DNA of 55,279 nt from an uncultured Candidatus Saccharibacteria bacterium (GTDB lineage Bacteria; Patescibacteriota; Doudnabacteria; UBA920). Made by a program: the position numbers and the translations under genes. The notes beneath the pieces are model-generated. The model saw only the letters and a program-made list of their open reading frames with translations. It did no database searches and had not been told where the DNA came from. Location: positions 1 to 55,279 of the forward strand of contig CAZYMS010000008.1 of assembly GCA_964648985.1 (NCBI GenBank). The letters are read 5' to 3'. Shown in pieces: positions 44,446 to 51,653 of the stretch. Each line of letters starts with the position of its first letter. Position 1 is the first letter of the stretch.

Positions 44446-44532
44446 GACCGATACCCTGAAATCTGCTTTGCGTTTACTACTGAAAAAACATATACTATAT
44501 ACACAAATGCATTAGTAATTTTCACATATATT

Positions 44533-44811
44533 ATGGGATTTCTAGATAAGCTCAAGGATGTAAACGAAATGCGCAAACAAGCAAAGCAAATAGAGCTTCT
44601 GCTTGGCCAGGTAGACGTAACAGGTAAGTCCAGTGGCGGTAAAATTACTATTACCATGGATGGCAACCAGGTAGTAAAAAGCGTGCAGGTAGATGACTCA
44701 ATAGTCGGGGATAGGGGTGAGATTGCCCGTAACATTCGGGCAGCTTTGGACGATTTATTTAAAGAACATAAGAAAGTTCTGCAGAGCAAGTTTGGAAGTA
44801 TGATGCAATAA
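44533..44811 (+). CDS. ybaB: YbaB/EbfC-family nucleoid-associated protein
   Basis: Size and the MRKQAKQIE...VTGKSSGGKITITMDGNQVVKSVQVDDSIV pattern. Confidence 0.75.
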   Translation: MGFLDKLKDVNEMRKQAKQIELLLGQVDVTGKSSGGKITITMDGNQVVKSVQVDDSIVGDRGEIARNIRAALDDLFKEHKKVLQSKFGSMMQ

Positions 44812-45007
44812 CAGCACTATCCGAATCTACAAGTGAGACGAATCTACGAACGGCTAAGAATAATACAAAGCACAAGTGCGTGTCCGGATCCTCTCCTCGC
44901 CCTCTCTGTCATTCCGGACTCCACGAGGTTTTGCGAGGGATATCCGGAATCCATCCTCGCATTAGACATTAGATATTAGAAATTAGGCATTTAGCGCAAA
45001 AAGAAAC

Positions 45008-45874
45008 ATGCGGAAATACATAGTGGCCATACTAATAATAACTATCGCCTTAGCGCTTCCCACTAACGCTTTTGCGCTATCCATTTACGATCTTCAGCCA
45101 AAAGTTGAATCCGCGAGTATTACTGCAAAAGCAGTTATAGTGCTGAACCAAGTAACCGGTGAAATACTTTACGAGCAGGGGAGTGGTGATGTCCGCATTC
45201 CGGCAAGTCTAGTTAAGTTAGCTACTGTACTTGTTGTGCTAGATACAAACCCAGATTGGAACAAAGTGTGTTCGGTAAGCGAACAGGATCGGGTAGGTGG
45301 TGTTGCCATTACCAAGAGCGGTACCAACATGCCCTACACAATGAATAGCTTGCTCTACGCAACTCTTATGCCAAGTGCCAACGACGCTGTTACCGCTTTG
45401 GCACGATGCACAGGCCTTTCCCATGCAGAGTTTCTTGCCCGCATGCAAGCAAAAGCCCGCGAACAAGGCGCTCTTAATACTACCTATGTTGATGCTTCGG
45501 GTATAAGCAGTGCAAATACAACTACTGCAGCAGATATTGCGCGCATAGCGAATGCAGCCTTTAGTACAGAAAAGGTTCGTAATATAACACGTACGCAAAG
45601 CTTTCGCCTGTGCACTACCACACGCATCTGTCAGACTATTCGCAGCACTAATCCACTCCTTGCAGACAAAGAGCTTACAACCGTCGCTGGTAAGACTGGT
45701 ACACTTGATGGTGCCATAAACTTTGCTGGCAGTTTTAAAGACGCTAAGGGGCATTATTTTATAGTCGTGGTGCTTGGCGGCAGCTCCAAAGAAAGTCGTT
45801 TCACTGAAGCAAAACAACTTGTAGAATTCGCCTCCACTCGCACTGACTGGTCCGACCAGTTTGCTGTAAAGTAG
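45008..45874 (+). CDS. D-alanyl-D-alanine carboxypeptidase (S11, low-MW PBP)
   Basis: Signal peptide. SLVK (SxxK), SAND (SxN) and KTGT motifs. Confidence 0.8.
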   Translation: MRKYIVAILIITIALALPTNAFALSIYDLQPKVESASITAKAVIVLNQVTGEILYEQGSGDVRIPASLVKLATVLVVLDTNPDWNKVCSVSEQDRVGGVAITKSGTNMPYTMNSLLYATLMPSANDAVTALARCTGLSHAEFLARMQAKAREQGALNTTYVDASGISSANTTTAADIARIANAAFSTEKVRNITRTQSFRLCTTTRICQTIRSTNPLLADKELTTVAGKTGTLDGAINFAGSFKDAKGHYFIVVVLGGSSKESRFTEAKQLVEFASTRTDWSDQFAVK

Positions 45875-45970
45875 GATTATGTTGATTAATAATTGTACTG
45901 AGTGGTAAACCTCTTCTGCTATCGCGGGGAGGTTTCTTGATATATACTGAATATATTAACTTATAGAAGT

Positions 45971-46720
45971 ATGGACAAAAATCGTTTTATGGACAAGGTT
46001 GTACTAGTGACCGGTTCGAGTCGCGGGATTGGCCGGGCAGCGGCAATTGCATTCGCACAAGGGGGTGCGTCAGTAGCTATTAATTACGTACGCAATGAGC
46101 GGGCTGCACAGGAAGTAGTTGATGAAATTTCCAAACTTGGCAGAAAAGCCATTTCAGTAAAAGCTGATATATCAAAGGAGGCAGAGGTGCAGTTACTTAT
46201 AGACATGGCTATCGGTGAATTTGGCAAACTCGATGTCCTTATAAACAATGCAGGAATAGTGTACGACATAGAAGACTGGCAGAGTACCACCTCTGAGCAA
46301 TGGCAGGCTACATTGAATGTCCATGTATTGGGTAATTATTATTGCTGCAAATATGCTTTACCTTATTTGCAGAAGTCTAACGGATCAATCGTAAATATAT
46401 CTTCTACAAATGGATATACTGAGCACTATCCGGAAAGTTTAGCGTATAATGTTGCAAAGGCAGGTATAGTATCCATGACTCATGATCTTGCAAAAGCCCT
46501 TGCCCCTCACGTCAGAGTGAATGCCGTGGCTCCTGGGTGGGTAAATACAGATATGAACTCTGGCCTTTCAAAAGAATATATGGCAGACCAGGCTAGGGAG
46601 ATTTATTTACAACGCATTGCCGAGCCAGAGGAAATAGCCAATGTGGTGACTTTTTTGGCAAGCGATGATGCCAGTTTTATTACCGGTATGATAGTAAGAG
46701 CAGACGGCGGCCACGGATAG
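45971..46720 (+). CDS. short-chain dehydrogenase/reductase (FabG-like)
   Basis: TGSSRGIG, NNAG and YNVAKAG (YxxxK) motifs. Confidence 0.85.
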   Translation: MDKNRFMDKVVLVTGSSRGIGRAAAIAFAQGGASVAINYVRNERAAQEVVDEISKLGRKAISVKADISKEAEVQLLIDMAIGEFGKLDVLINNAGIVYDIEDWQSTTSEQWQATLNVHVLGNYYCCKYALPYLQKSNGSIVNISSTNGYTEHYPESLAYNVAKAGIVSMTHDLAKALAPHVRVNAVAPGWVNTDMNSGLSKEYMADQAREIYLQRIAEPEEIANVVTFLASDDASFITGMIVRADGGHG

Positions 46721-46749
46721 CATTAAAAAAATAAAAACTTCTTACACAT

Positions 46750-47172
46750 ATGTCCTGGATTTCTTACGCTATTCTTTCTGCCTTTTTCGCCTCTCTAGTT
46801 GCCATCTTTGGGAAAATTGGTATACAAGGGGTAAATAGTAACTTGGCTGTTGCTATTCGTACCGTCATAATAGTCGGCTTTGCGTGGGTAATAGTCTGGC
46901 TACAAGGGACGGCTCATGAAATAACCAAAATTTCTAAACACTCGTGGATATTTCTCATACTATCAGCAATAGCCACTGGTCTTTCATGGCTCTTTTACTA
47001 CCGGGCGCTGCAGCTGGGTCAGGCAAGCAGAGTCGCCCCTATAGATAAGCTCTCTGTTGCGCTTACCATAATTCTTGCATTTACTTTTCTCGGCGAAAAG
47101 CCAACTCTGGGTAACGTACTTGGCGGTGGTTTGGTTGCTTTAGGAGTTTTGGTTACGGCGTTTATAAAATAA
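46750..47172 (+). CDS. EamA-like small transporter (single EamA domain)
   Basis: Four or five TM helices in 140 aa, with the ILSAFFASLVAIFGKIG and APIDKLSV pattern. Confidence 0.6.
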   Translation: MSWISYAILSAFFASLVAIFGKIGIQGVNSNLAVAIRTVIIVGFAWVIVWLQGTAHEITKISKHSWIFLILSAIATGLSWLFYYRALQLGQASRVAPIDKLSVALTIILAFTFLGEKPTLGNVLGGGLVALGVLVTAFIK

Positions 47173-47174
47173 AA

Positions 47175-47196
47175 AAAGCACGACGCGTCGTGCTTT
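47175..47196. terminator. bidirectional terminator
   Basis: AAAGCACGACG|CGTCGTGCTTT palindrome preceded by an A-run, between convergent genes. Confidence 0.7.
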
Positions 47197-47222
47197 GAGT
47201 GTGGCTGAGGTTTGAGTCTTTG

Positions 47223-47672
47223 TTAGATGCATGACTCAATCAGTTTTGCAAAAACTTGGCAGCGTTGTTTGCCAATAAACACTACCTGTTGCCTCAGTTG
47301 CTTGTTAAGCTGGGAGAGTCTTTGTTTATTGCATACAAATACAACTCTTCCCCCATAGTGTGCCTCCTTCAGCCGTCTTTTTGCTCTTTTTATTTCATCA
47401 CTGTTTTTTACTTCAACGATGATTATCCGCGTTTGAGCTTTTAAGGGCGGCGATCCATCTCTACGGATGGTTGGGTTAACTTTCTCCCAGCCTCTTATAG
47501 TTGCATCAATAAGCTGCAGGGTACTGCAAGTTACGAGTGCTAACTGTGTGCGTTTTAAAGTTGGGAGGTGCATGGTAATGGATTTCGGTTCAAGGTGGTC
47601 CTCGCTCACAATAAGAGCTACGTTTCTGACCGCGTTCGGTTCTAAATCCGGCATTCTTATTTTTCCAGCCAT
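47223..47672 (-). CDS. hypothetical protein (149 aa)
   Basis: Clean ORF. GGAGGAGG purine-rich tract upstream of the ATG at 47672. No motif recognised. Confidence 0.5.
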   Translation of the reverse strand: MAGKIRMPDLEPNAVRNVALIVSEDHLEPKSITMHLPTLKRTQLALVTCSTLQLIDATIRGWEKVNPTIRRDGSPPLKAQTRIIIVEVKNSDEIKRAKRRLKEAHYGGRVVFVCNKQRLSQLNKQLRQQVVFIGKQRCQVFAKLIESCI

Positions 47673-47791
47673 ACGCTTTTCCTCCTCCTACAGGGGATAG
47701 CAAATAGGTGCGATAGTGCACTCATTTGTTGGCAGCATCATAGCAGTTTACGGACAGGTTGGGTAGATGGTATCCTGTGTATTAGATATAT

Positions 47792-49051
47792 ATGGCAAAA
47801 TCCTCTAAAGAATCAAATAAAGGTAGAGTCTTGGTGGGCATATCTGGTGGAGTAGACTCCGCTGTTTCTGCCTATCTACTACAAAAAGCTGGGTATGTAG
47901 TAGAAGGTGCGTTCATGAAAAATTGGTCTTCTACTACAGGACTAAAGCTTGCAGAATGTCCCTGGCTTGCGGACAGGCAAGAAGCATTGCGTGTTGCTGC
48001 GTTTTTAGGCATACCACTGCACACCTTAGACTTTGAAAAGCAGTACCAAGACACGGTAATGAAATACTTTTTTACCGAGTACCAGGCGGGCCGTACTCCT
48101 AACCCGGATGTTATGTGCAACAAAGAAATAAAGTTTAAGCTGCTTTACAACTGGGCCATGAAAAATGGGTTTGAGTATTTGGCTACAGGGCATTACGCCC
48201 GCGTAGCGGAAGTTAAAAGTGACAAGTGGAAAGTGGAAAGTAAAATTCCTAAATCCGGAAACTTGTCACCTGTTACTCGTCACTTGTCACTCATCCGATC
48301 CGCGGACGAATTTAAAGACCAAACCTACTTTATTTACAACATTAAAACCGAGCAGCTGCCGCACGTGTTGTTTCCTATTGGCGGCATGAAAAAGTCAGAG
48401 GTAAAAAAATTGGCAAAAAAGATTGGCCTGCCCAACGCAGGTCGCAAAGAAAGCATGGGACTTTGCTTTGTGGGAAAGATTCGCCTTAAAGACTTTTTGG
48501 AACAAAAAGTAAAGGCAAAGCCAGGACCGATAAGGCTAGTTGCTAGTGACAAGTTACAAGTTACAAGTTACAAGAAGGGCGCTGGTTTGTCACCTGTCAC
48601 TCGTCACCTGTCACTTTTAGGCACGCATGCCGGTTTGCACAACTACACCATAGGTCAGCGGCAGGGAATTCGTGTAGGAGCTGGTGGACCGTATTATGTA
48701 GTTCGTAAAGACTTAGCAAAAAACACTCTCTATGTAACCACTGACCCAAACGACCCAGCGCTTGAAATTTCTGAGATCGTTATTCACTCTACTAACTGGA
48801 TAGAAGAAGTAGAGAAAAGGGAAAAGGGAAAAGGGAAGAGGCTTGACTCTGGCTACAAACTACAACCTAATTCCTACCAGCTAGTTTGCCGCTATCGTCA
48901 CCAGGGCGAACTAGTACCATGCATTATTGAAAAGCAAAAAAGAGATACCTATCTAGTTAAATTTAAAACGCCTCAGAAGGCGCTTGCAAGTGGACAAAGT
49001 ATAGTGTTCTATTCCGGAAAAGTTTGTTTGGGTGGGGGAGTTATTGTATAA
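47792..49051 (+). CDS. mnmA: tRNA 2-thiouridine(34) synthase MnmA carrying in-frame repeat insertions
   Basis: PP-loop GISGGVDSAVSAY, NPDVMCNKEIKF, ATGHYAR, KDQTYF, GLCFVG and YTIGQRQG motifs. At 419 aa it is longer than typical MnmA. Confidence 0.9.
   Translation: MAKSSKESNKGRVLVGISGGVDSAVSAYLLQKAGYVVEGAFMKNWSSTTGLKLAECPWLADRQEALRVAAFLGIPLHTLDFEKQYQDTVMKYFFTEYQAGRTPNPDVMCNKEIKFKLLYNWAMKNGFEYLATGHYARVAEVKSDKWKVESKIPKSGNLSPVTRHLSLIRSADEFKDQTYFIYNIKTEQLPHVLFPIGGMKKSEVKKLAKKIGLPNAGRKESMGLCFVGKIRLKDFLEQKVKAKPGPIRLVASDKLQVTSYKKGAGLSPVTRHLSLLGTHAGLHNYTIGQRQGIRVGAGGPYYVVRKDLAKNTLYVTTDPNDPALEISEIVIHSTNWIEEVEKREKGKGKRLDSGYKLQPNSYQLVCRYRHQGELVPCIIEKQKRDTYLVKFKTPQKALASGQSIVFYSGKVCLGGGVIV
48216..48291. 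repeat. GTGACAAGT-type inverted repeat element inside mnmA (copy 1, in frame)
   Basis: AAAGTGACAAGTGGAAAGTGGAAAGTAAAA ... AAACTTGTCACCTGTTACTCGTCACTTGTCACT. Encodes KSDKWKVESK...LSPVTRHLSL. Confidence 0.8.
48545..48615. repeat. GTGACAAGT-type inverted repeat element inside mnmA (copy 2, in frame)
   Basis: AGTGACAAGTTACAAGTTACAAGTTACAAG ... TTTGTCACCTGTCACTCGTCACCTGTCACT. Encodes ASDKLQVTSYKK...LSPVTRHLSL. Confidence 0.8.
48814..48841 (+). repeat. tandem heptamer (GAAAAGG)x3 + GAAGAGG inside mnmA
   Basis: Read directly. Encodes EKREKGKGKR within a segment that is extra relative to typical MnmA. Confidence 0.8.
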
Positions 49052-49055
49052 AATA

Positions 49056-49087
49056 ATTGGTGTAAGTTCTTGAGAACTTGCACCAAT
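49056..49087. terminator. bidirectional terminator shared by mnmA and the minus-strand micro-ORF unit
   Basis: About 13-bp stem ATTGGTGTAAGTTC / GAACTTGCACCAAT. A T-rich tract follows on the minus strand. Confidence 0.7.
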
Positions 49088-49096
49088 GTTTGAGTC

Positions 49097-49162
49097 CTAC
49101 CGCTTCTTTGCAGAAGTTTTTGCCGGGGGCTGCTTTCGGGGAGGCAATTTTGTTCCTCTCAA
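49097..49162 (-). CDS. micro-ORF, 21-aa Lys/Arg-rich peptide MRGTKLPPRKQPPAKTSAKKR
   Basis: AAAGGAGGTG lies 7 nt upstream of a TTG start. Translated by hand. Confidence 0.35.
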   Translation of the reverse strand: MRGTKLPPRKQPPAKTSAKKR

Positions 49163-49348
49163 ATTAATGCACCTCCTTTCTTGCGATATAAAAAATGCGG
49201 AGCACTAAATGTAGAAGTTCCTTGTCTACACTTAATGCCCCGTTGTCTATGCTAATAGGCAAAGACTTTACGCAGTAAATCCTGTACGCATTAGGAACTA
49301 TATCCAAGATATAATCTTGGAAGTGCCTACAGGTATTACCTTTAAGCC

Positions 49349-49555
49349 TTATCTCCTATATTCACGCCATCGCCCTTGGCGTTGAGAGCGATTTTTACCT
49401 CCTTTTACCCGGATACCGGCTACTGCTAGCCGGATGAGGTACGTCATTTCCATGTCTTCTGGGGTTAGGCTTTCCTCGTGCTTGTTATGATCCATAACTT
49501 TTTCGAGTCTGACTATAAAGCCATTGTATCCAGTCCGGATGGTCTTGTTTTCCAC
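49349..49555 (-). CDS. small protein (68 aa) with basic C-terminal tail
   Basis: AGGAG lies 5 nt upstream of a GTG start. Present in the ORF track. Confidence 0.4.
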   Translation of the reverse strand: MENKTIRTGYNGFIVRLEKVMDHNKHEESLTPEDMEMTYLIRLAVAGIRVKGGKNRSQRQGRWREYRR

Positions 49556-49690
49556 TGTAGCTCCTGTGGTTGGGCGTTCGCAGTAACAATGAGTGAACTC
49601 ATTTTTTTTACACGCAAGGACTGCATGTATGTACTGCGAAAGGCGGGTTTGGGGTTTAACCTACTCTGTTAGAGCGGGTGCTAAACAACG

Positions 49691-49753
49691 CTACTTTCCC
49701 AGTTTTCTTTTTTTACCGGGAGGCATACGCTTAACGGTTTTGGGTTTCGCCAT
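49691..49753 (-). CDS. micro-ORF, 20-aa Lys/Arg-rich peptide MAKPKTVKRMPPGKKRKLGK
   Basis: AGGAG lies 8 nt upstream of the ATG. The SD overlaps the stop codon of the preceding ORF (TAGGAG). Confidence 0.35.
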   Translation of the reverse strand: MAKPKTVKRMPPGKKRKLGK

Positions 49754-49764
49754 TCGCGATTCTC

Positions 49765-49992
49765 CTATATTGAGTTCGTGTTTAGAACCAGCAGATGCGC
49801 ACTGGTCCTCCTATTAGTTGCAGGGTCCTGTAGGGTAACGTGGGCAGGCCCTGCGTATGTGCGACTATTGTAATAGTTTAATGGCACATCGTCAATCGCA
49901 TTTTCATATGCGTACGTGAGGCAGTACAAATAAAAAACATGCTCTAAGGGCATGTGGTTATTGTGCAGCTGAATAAATTTTGTGGGGGTCAA
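49765..49992 (-). CDS. possible small protein (75 aa from TTG, or 62 aa from an internal ATG)
   Basis: In the ORF track. No convincing RBS. The stop is coupled to the next micro-ORF's SD. Confidence 0.25.
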   Translation of the reverse strand: MTPTKFIQLHNNHMPLEHVFYLYCLTYAYENAIDDVPLNYYNSRTYAGPAHVTLQDPATNRRTSAHLLVLNTNSI

Positions 49993-50022
49993 GCTGGACT
50001 TGCCCCCACTGTTGGTTCCAGA

Positions 50023-50124
50023 TTACCGCCTCTGGTCTTTTGCCTTGGTTACAGGTTTGTCGCCAGTTTTAGTCGACGCCCCTGACTTTTTCGACTGGGT
50101 TTTAGGTCTTCTGATTCTAGCCAT
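50023..50124 (-). CDS. micro-ORF, 33-aa Lys/Arg-rich peptide MARIRRPKTQSKKSGASTKTGDKPVTKAKDQRR
   Basis: GGAG lies 4 nt upstream of the ATG. Followed by a 7+4-bp hairpin (49982-50009). Confidence 0.35.
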   Translation of the reverse strand: MARIRRPKTQSKKSGASTKTGDKPVTKAKDQRR

Positions 50125-50152
50125 ATTGCTCCGTAAGGAATAGAATTGGTGG

Positions 50153-50233
50153 CTACTTTTTACCTCCTGCTTTTTGAGAGGAGGACTTGCGGCCTTTCTT
50201 GTGACCTTTTTTGCGGTATCTTACTTGTATCAA
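50153..50233 (-). CDS. micro-ORF, 26-aa Lys/Arg-rich peptide MIQVRYRKKGHKKGRKSSSQKAGGKK
   Basis: AAGGAGAG lies 5 nt upstream of a TTG start. Translated by hand. Confidence 0.3.
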   Translation of the reverse strand: MIQVRYRKKGHKKGRKSSSQKAGGKK

Positions 50234-50395
50234 ATTTCTCTCCTTTGAGATGGGTGGACGTCAGGTTGGGACGTCGTGGGTGTTACTCCCGTATGGGAGC
50301 GGATTACAGTGTGTAGTTCGGTTGAACTAGTCGTGTACTTCAAGCATAGTTGAAGAACGAGTGGGATCCGGTTAATACATGATTGACCGGGTTTG

Positions 50396-50560
50396 TTACC
50401 TGAGTAACCAGGTAAAAATATGCTGCAGACCGTATATGGTGCCCATTACCGGGTAATGAATTACCACTGTATGATCGCCATACCAGCCTCTAAGGATCGT
50501 GGATGCAAGCTCACCGAACTTTTGGTCGAGCGGTAAAATTGCAAGCGCGATTTTATGCAC
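50396..50560 (-). CDS. small protein (54 aa) MHKIALAILPLDQKFGELASTILRGWYGDHTVVIHYPVMGTIYGLQHIFTWLLR
   Basis: AAGGAG lies 7 nt upstream of a GTG start. Below the 60-aa cut-off of the ORF track. Confidence 0.35.
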   Translation of the reverse strand: MHKIALAILPLDQKFGELASTILRGWYGDHTVVIHYPVMGTIYGLQHIFTWLLR

Positions 50561-50645
50561 GAAGTTTCTCCTTTTCGGATTGGTCTCGTCCGTATTGGAG
50601 CGCTATTGTTCTATGAACAAAAAAGCCCCCAGGAAGGACTTTAGT

Positions 50646-50674
50646 AATGTACTGAAAAAAATATGAAAAGTCAA
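50646..50674 (-). promoter_or_regulatory. candidate promoter for the micro-ORF unit
   Basis: Minus strand TTGACT (50674-50669), 17-nt spacer, TACATT (50651-50646). Confidence 0.3.
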
Positions 50675-50708
50675 TATATCCTGTGGAAAATTTCTACAGG
50701 GAATGGTC

Positions 50709-51269
50709 TTATTCGAACCGTATCGTCTTTACAAGCTCATGAAATATGGGGGAGTTGGATGAGTCTAGTCCCGCATCGAACGTAAAGTAAGTGCTGCCTT
50801 TCTTAACACCAATGAGCGCATCACTTACTTTAAGTGCAGGGTTTCCAGCAAGGGTAGTTTTAGTTTGAGGCAGTCCTTCAAACCCAAGGTAGCCAGTAGG
50901 GCTTATGAATATATTTATACGGCTGTTCTGATCTGATTTTGAGGTAAGAGCTATAAGTCTTTCGTTGCCTGCTTGTTGGTTGCTTATTGCAAGATCTTCC
51001 GGGTGACGGAAAGTAAGTCGCGTGGCAGCATCGGTGTAGGTGAGCCACTTTGTGGTATCTATAGTTACTTTTTCTTTCTTATCCTGCTGTGGGGAAGGTA
51101 AAACTACATTTCGTACCCGGCTGCTACCGAGTGCTGCAGCAAAAATAGCTAAAATAATAACGAAGCCTATAAACATAGTCACTACAGGGCGGTGCTTGTG
51201 AAGAGGGTGTGGCCGGTTTTCGCTTGCAGGACTGCGGTGGCGAATTGGAGTACGTTTTTGTGTTGGCAT
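50709..51269 (-). CDS. hypothetical membrane-anchored protein (186 aa)
   Basis: Basic N-terminus, one TM helix (VVTMFIGFVIILAIFAAALG), extracytoplasmic domain. Confidence 0.55.
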   Translation of the reverse strand: MPTQKRTPIRHRSPASENRPHPLHKHRPVVTMFIGFVIILAIFAAALGSSRVRNVVLPSPQQDKKEKVTIDTTKWLTYTDAATRLTFRHPEDLAISNQQAGNERLIALTSKSDQNSRINIFISPTGYLGFEGLPQTKTTLAGNPALKVSDALIGVKKGSTYFTFDAGLDSSNSPIFHELVKTIRFE

Positions 51270-51327
51270 GGAATAATGCAGAATAACGAATTAGGAATAA
51301 AGAATAACGAAGAGCGCAAGAGCAGGA

Positions 51328-51516
51328 TTATTTACGACTCGCTTCGAACATTTGCTTGGCGTCGGCTTTGTCGCCGCAGTAGTACAGGTTGTGGGTCAAT
51401 TGTGTACAGAACCCTGGATTTTTCTTTATAAAATCGAGTTTGGGCAATGCCCAAAAGTACCCGGCAACGGCCGCTATAATAATAATGTAAATTATATATT
51501 TAACAACTTTGAACAC
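51328..51516 (-). CDS. small membrane protein (62 aa)
   Basis: N-terminal TM helix YIIYIIIIAAVAGYFWAL and a Cys pair. Confidence 0.4.
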   Translation of the reverse strand: MFKVVKYIIYIIIIAAVAGYFWALPKLDFIKKNPGFCTQLTHNLYYCGDKADAKQMFEASRK

Positions 51517-51653
51517 GTTTGTTTCTGTAAGGACCCCTATATGTATAGTATATCATTTATCGTGTAGTCTCGAAAATACAATTCGTTTGCCCTTGCGTGA
51601 TATAATATTTGTAATGAACATCCACTCAAAGTAAAATAGTTACGTCAGAGCTT

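Noticed and set aside
49478-49817. Plus-strand ORFs of 64 and 74 aa in the ORF-poor region.
   Set aside because: They have no SD motifs and lie antisense to the SD-preceded minus-strand ORFs. Their translations are Cys/Phe-rich and unremarkable.
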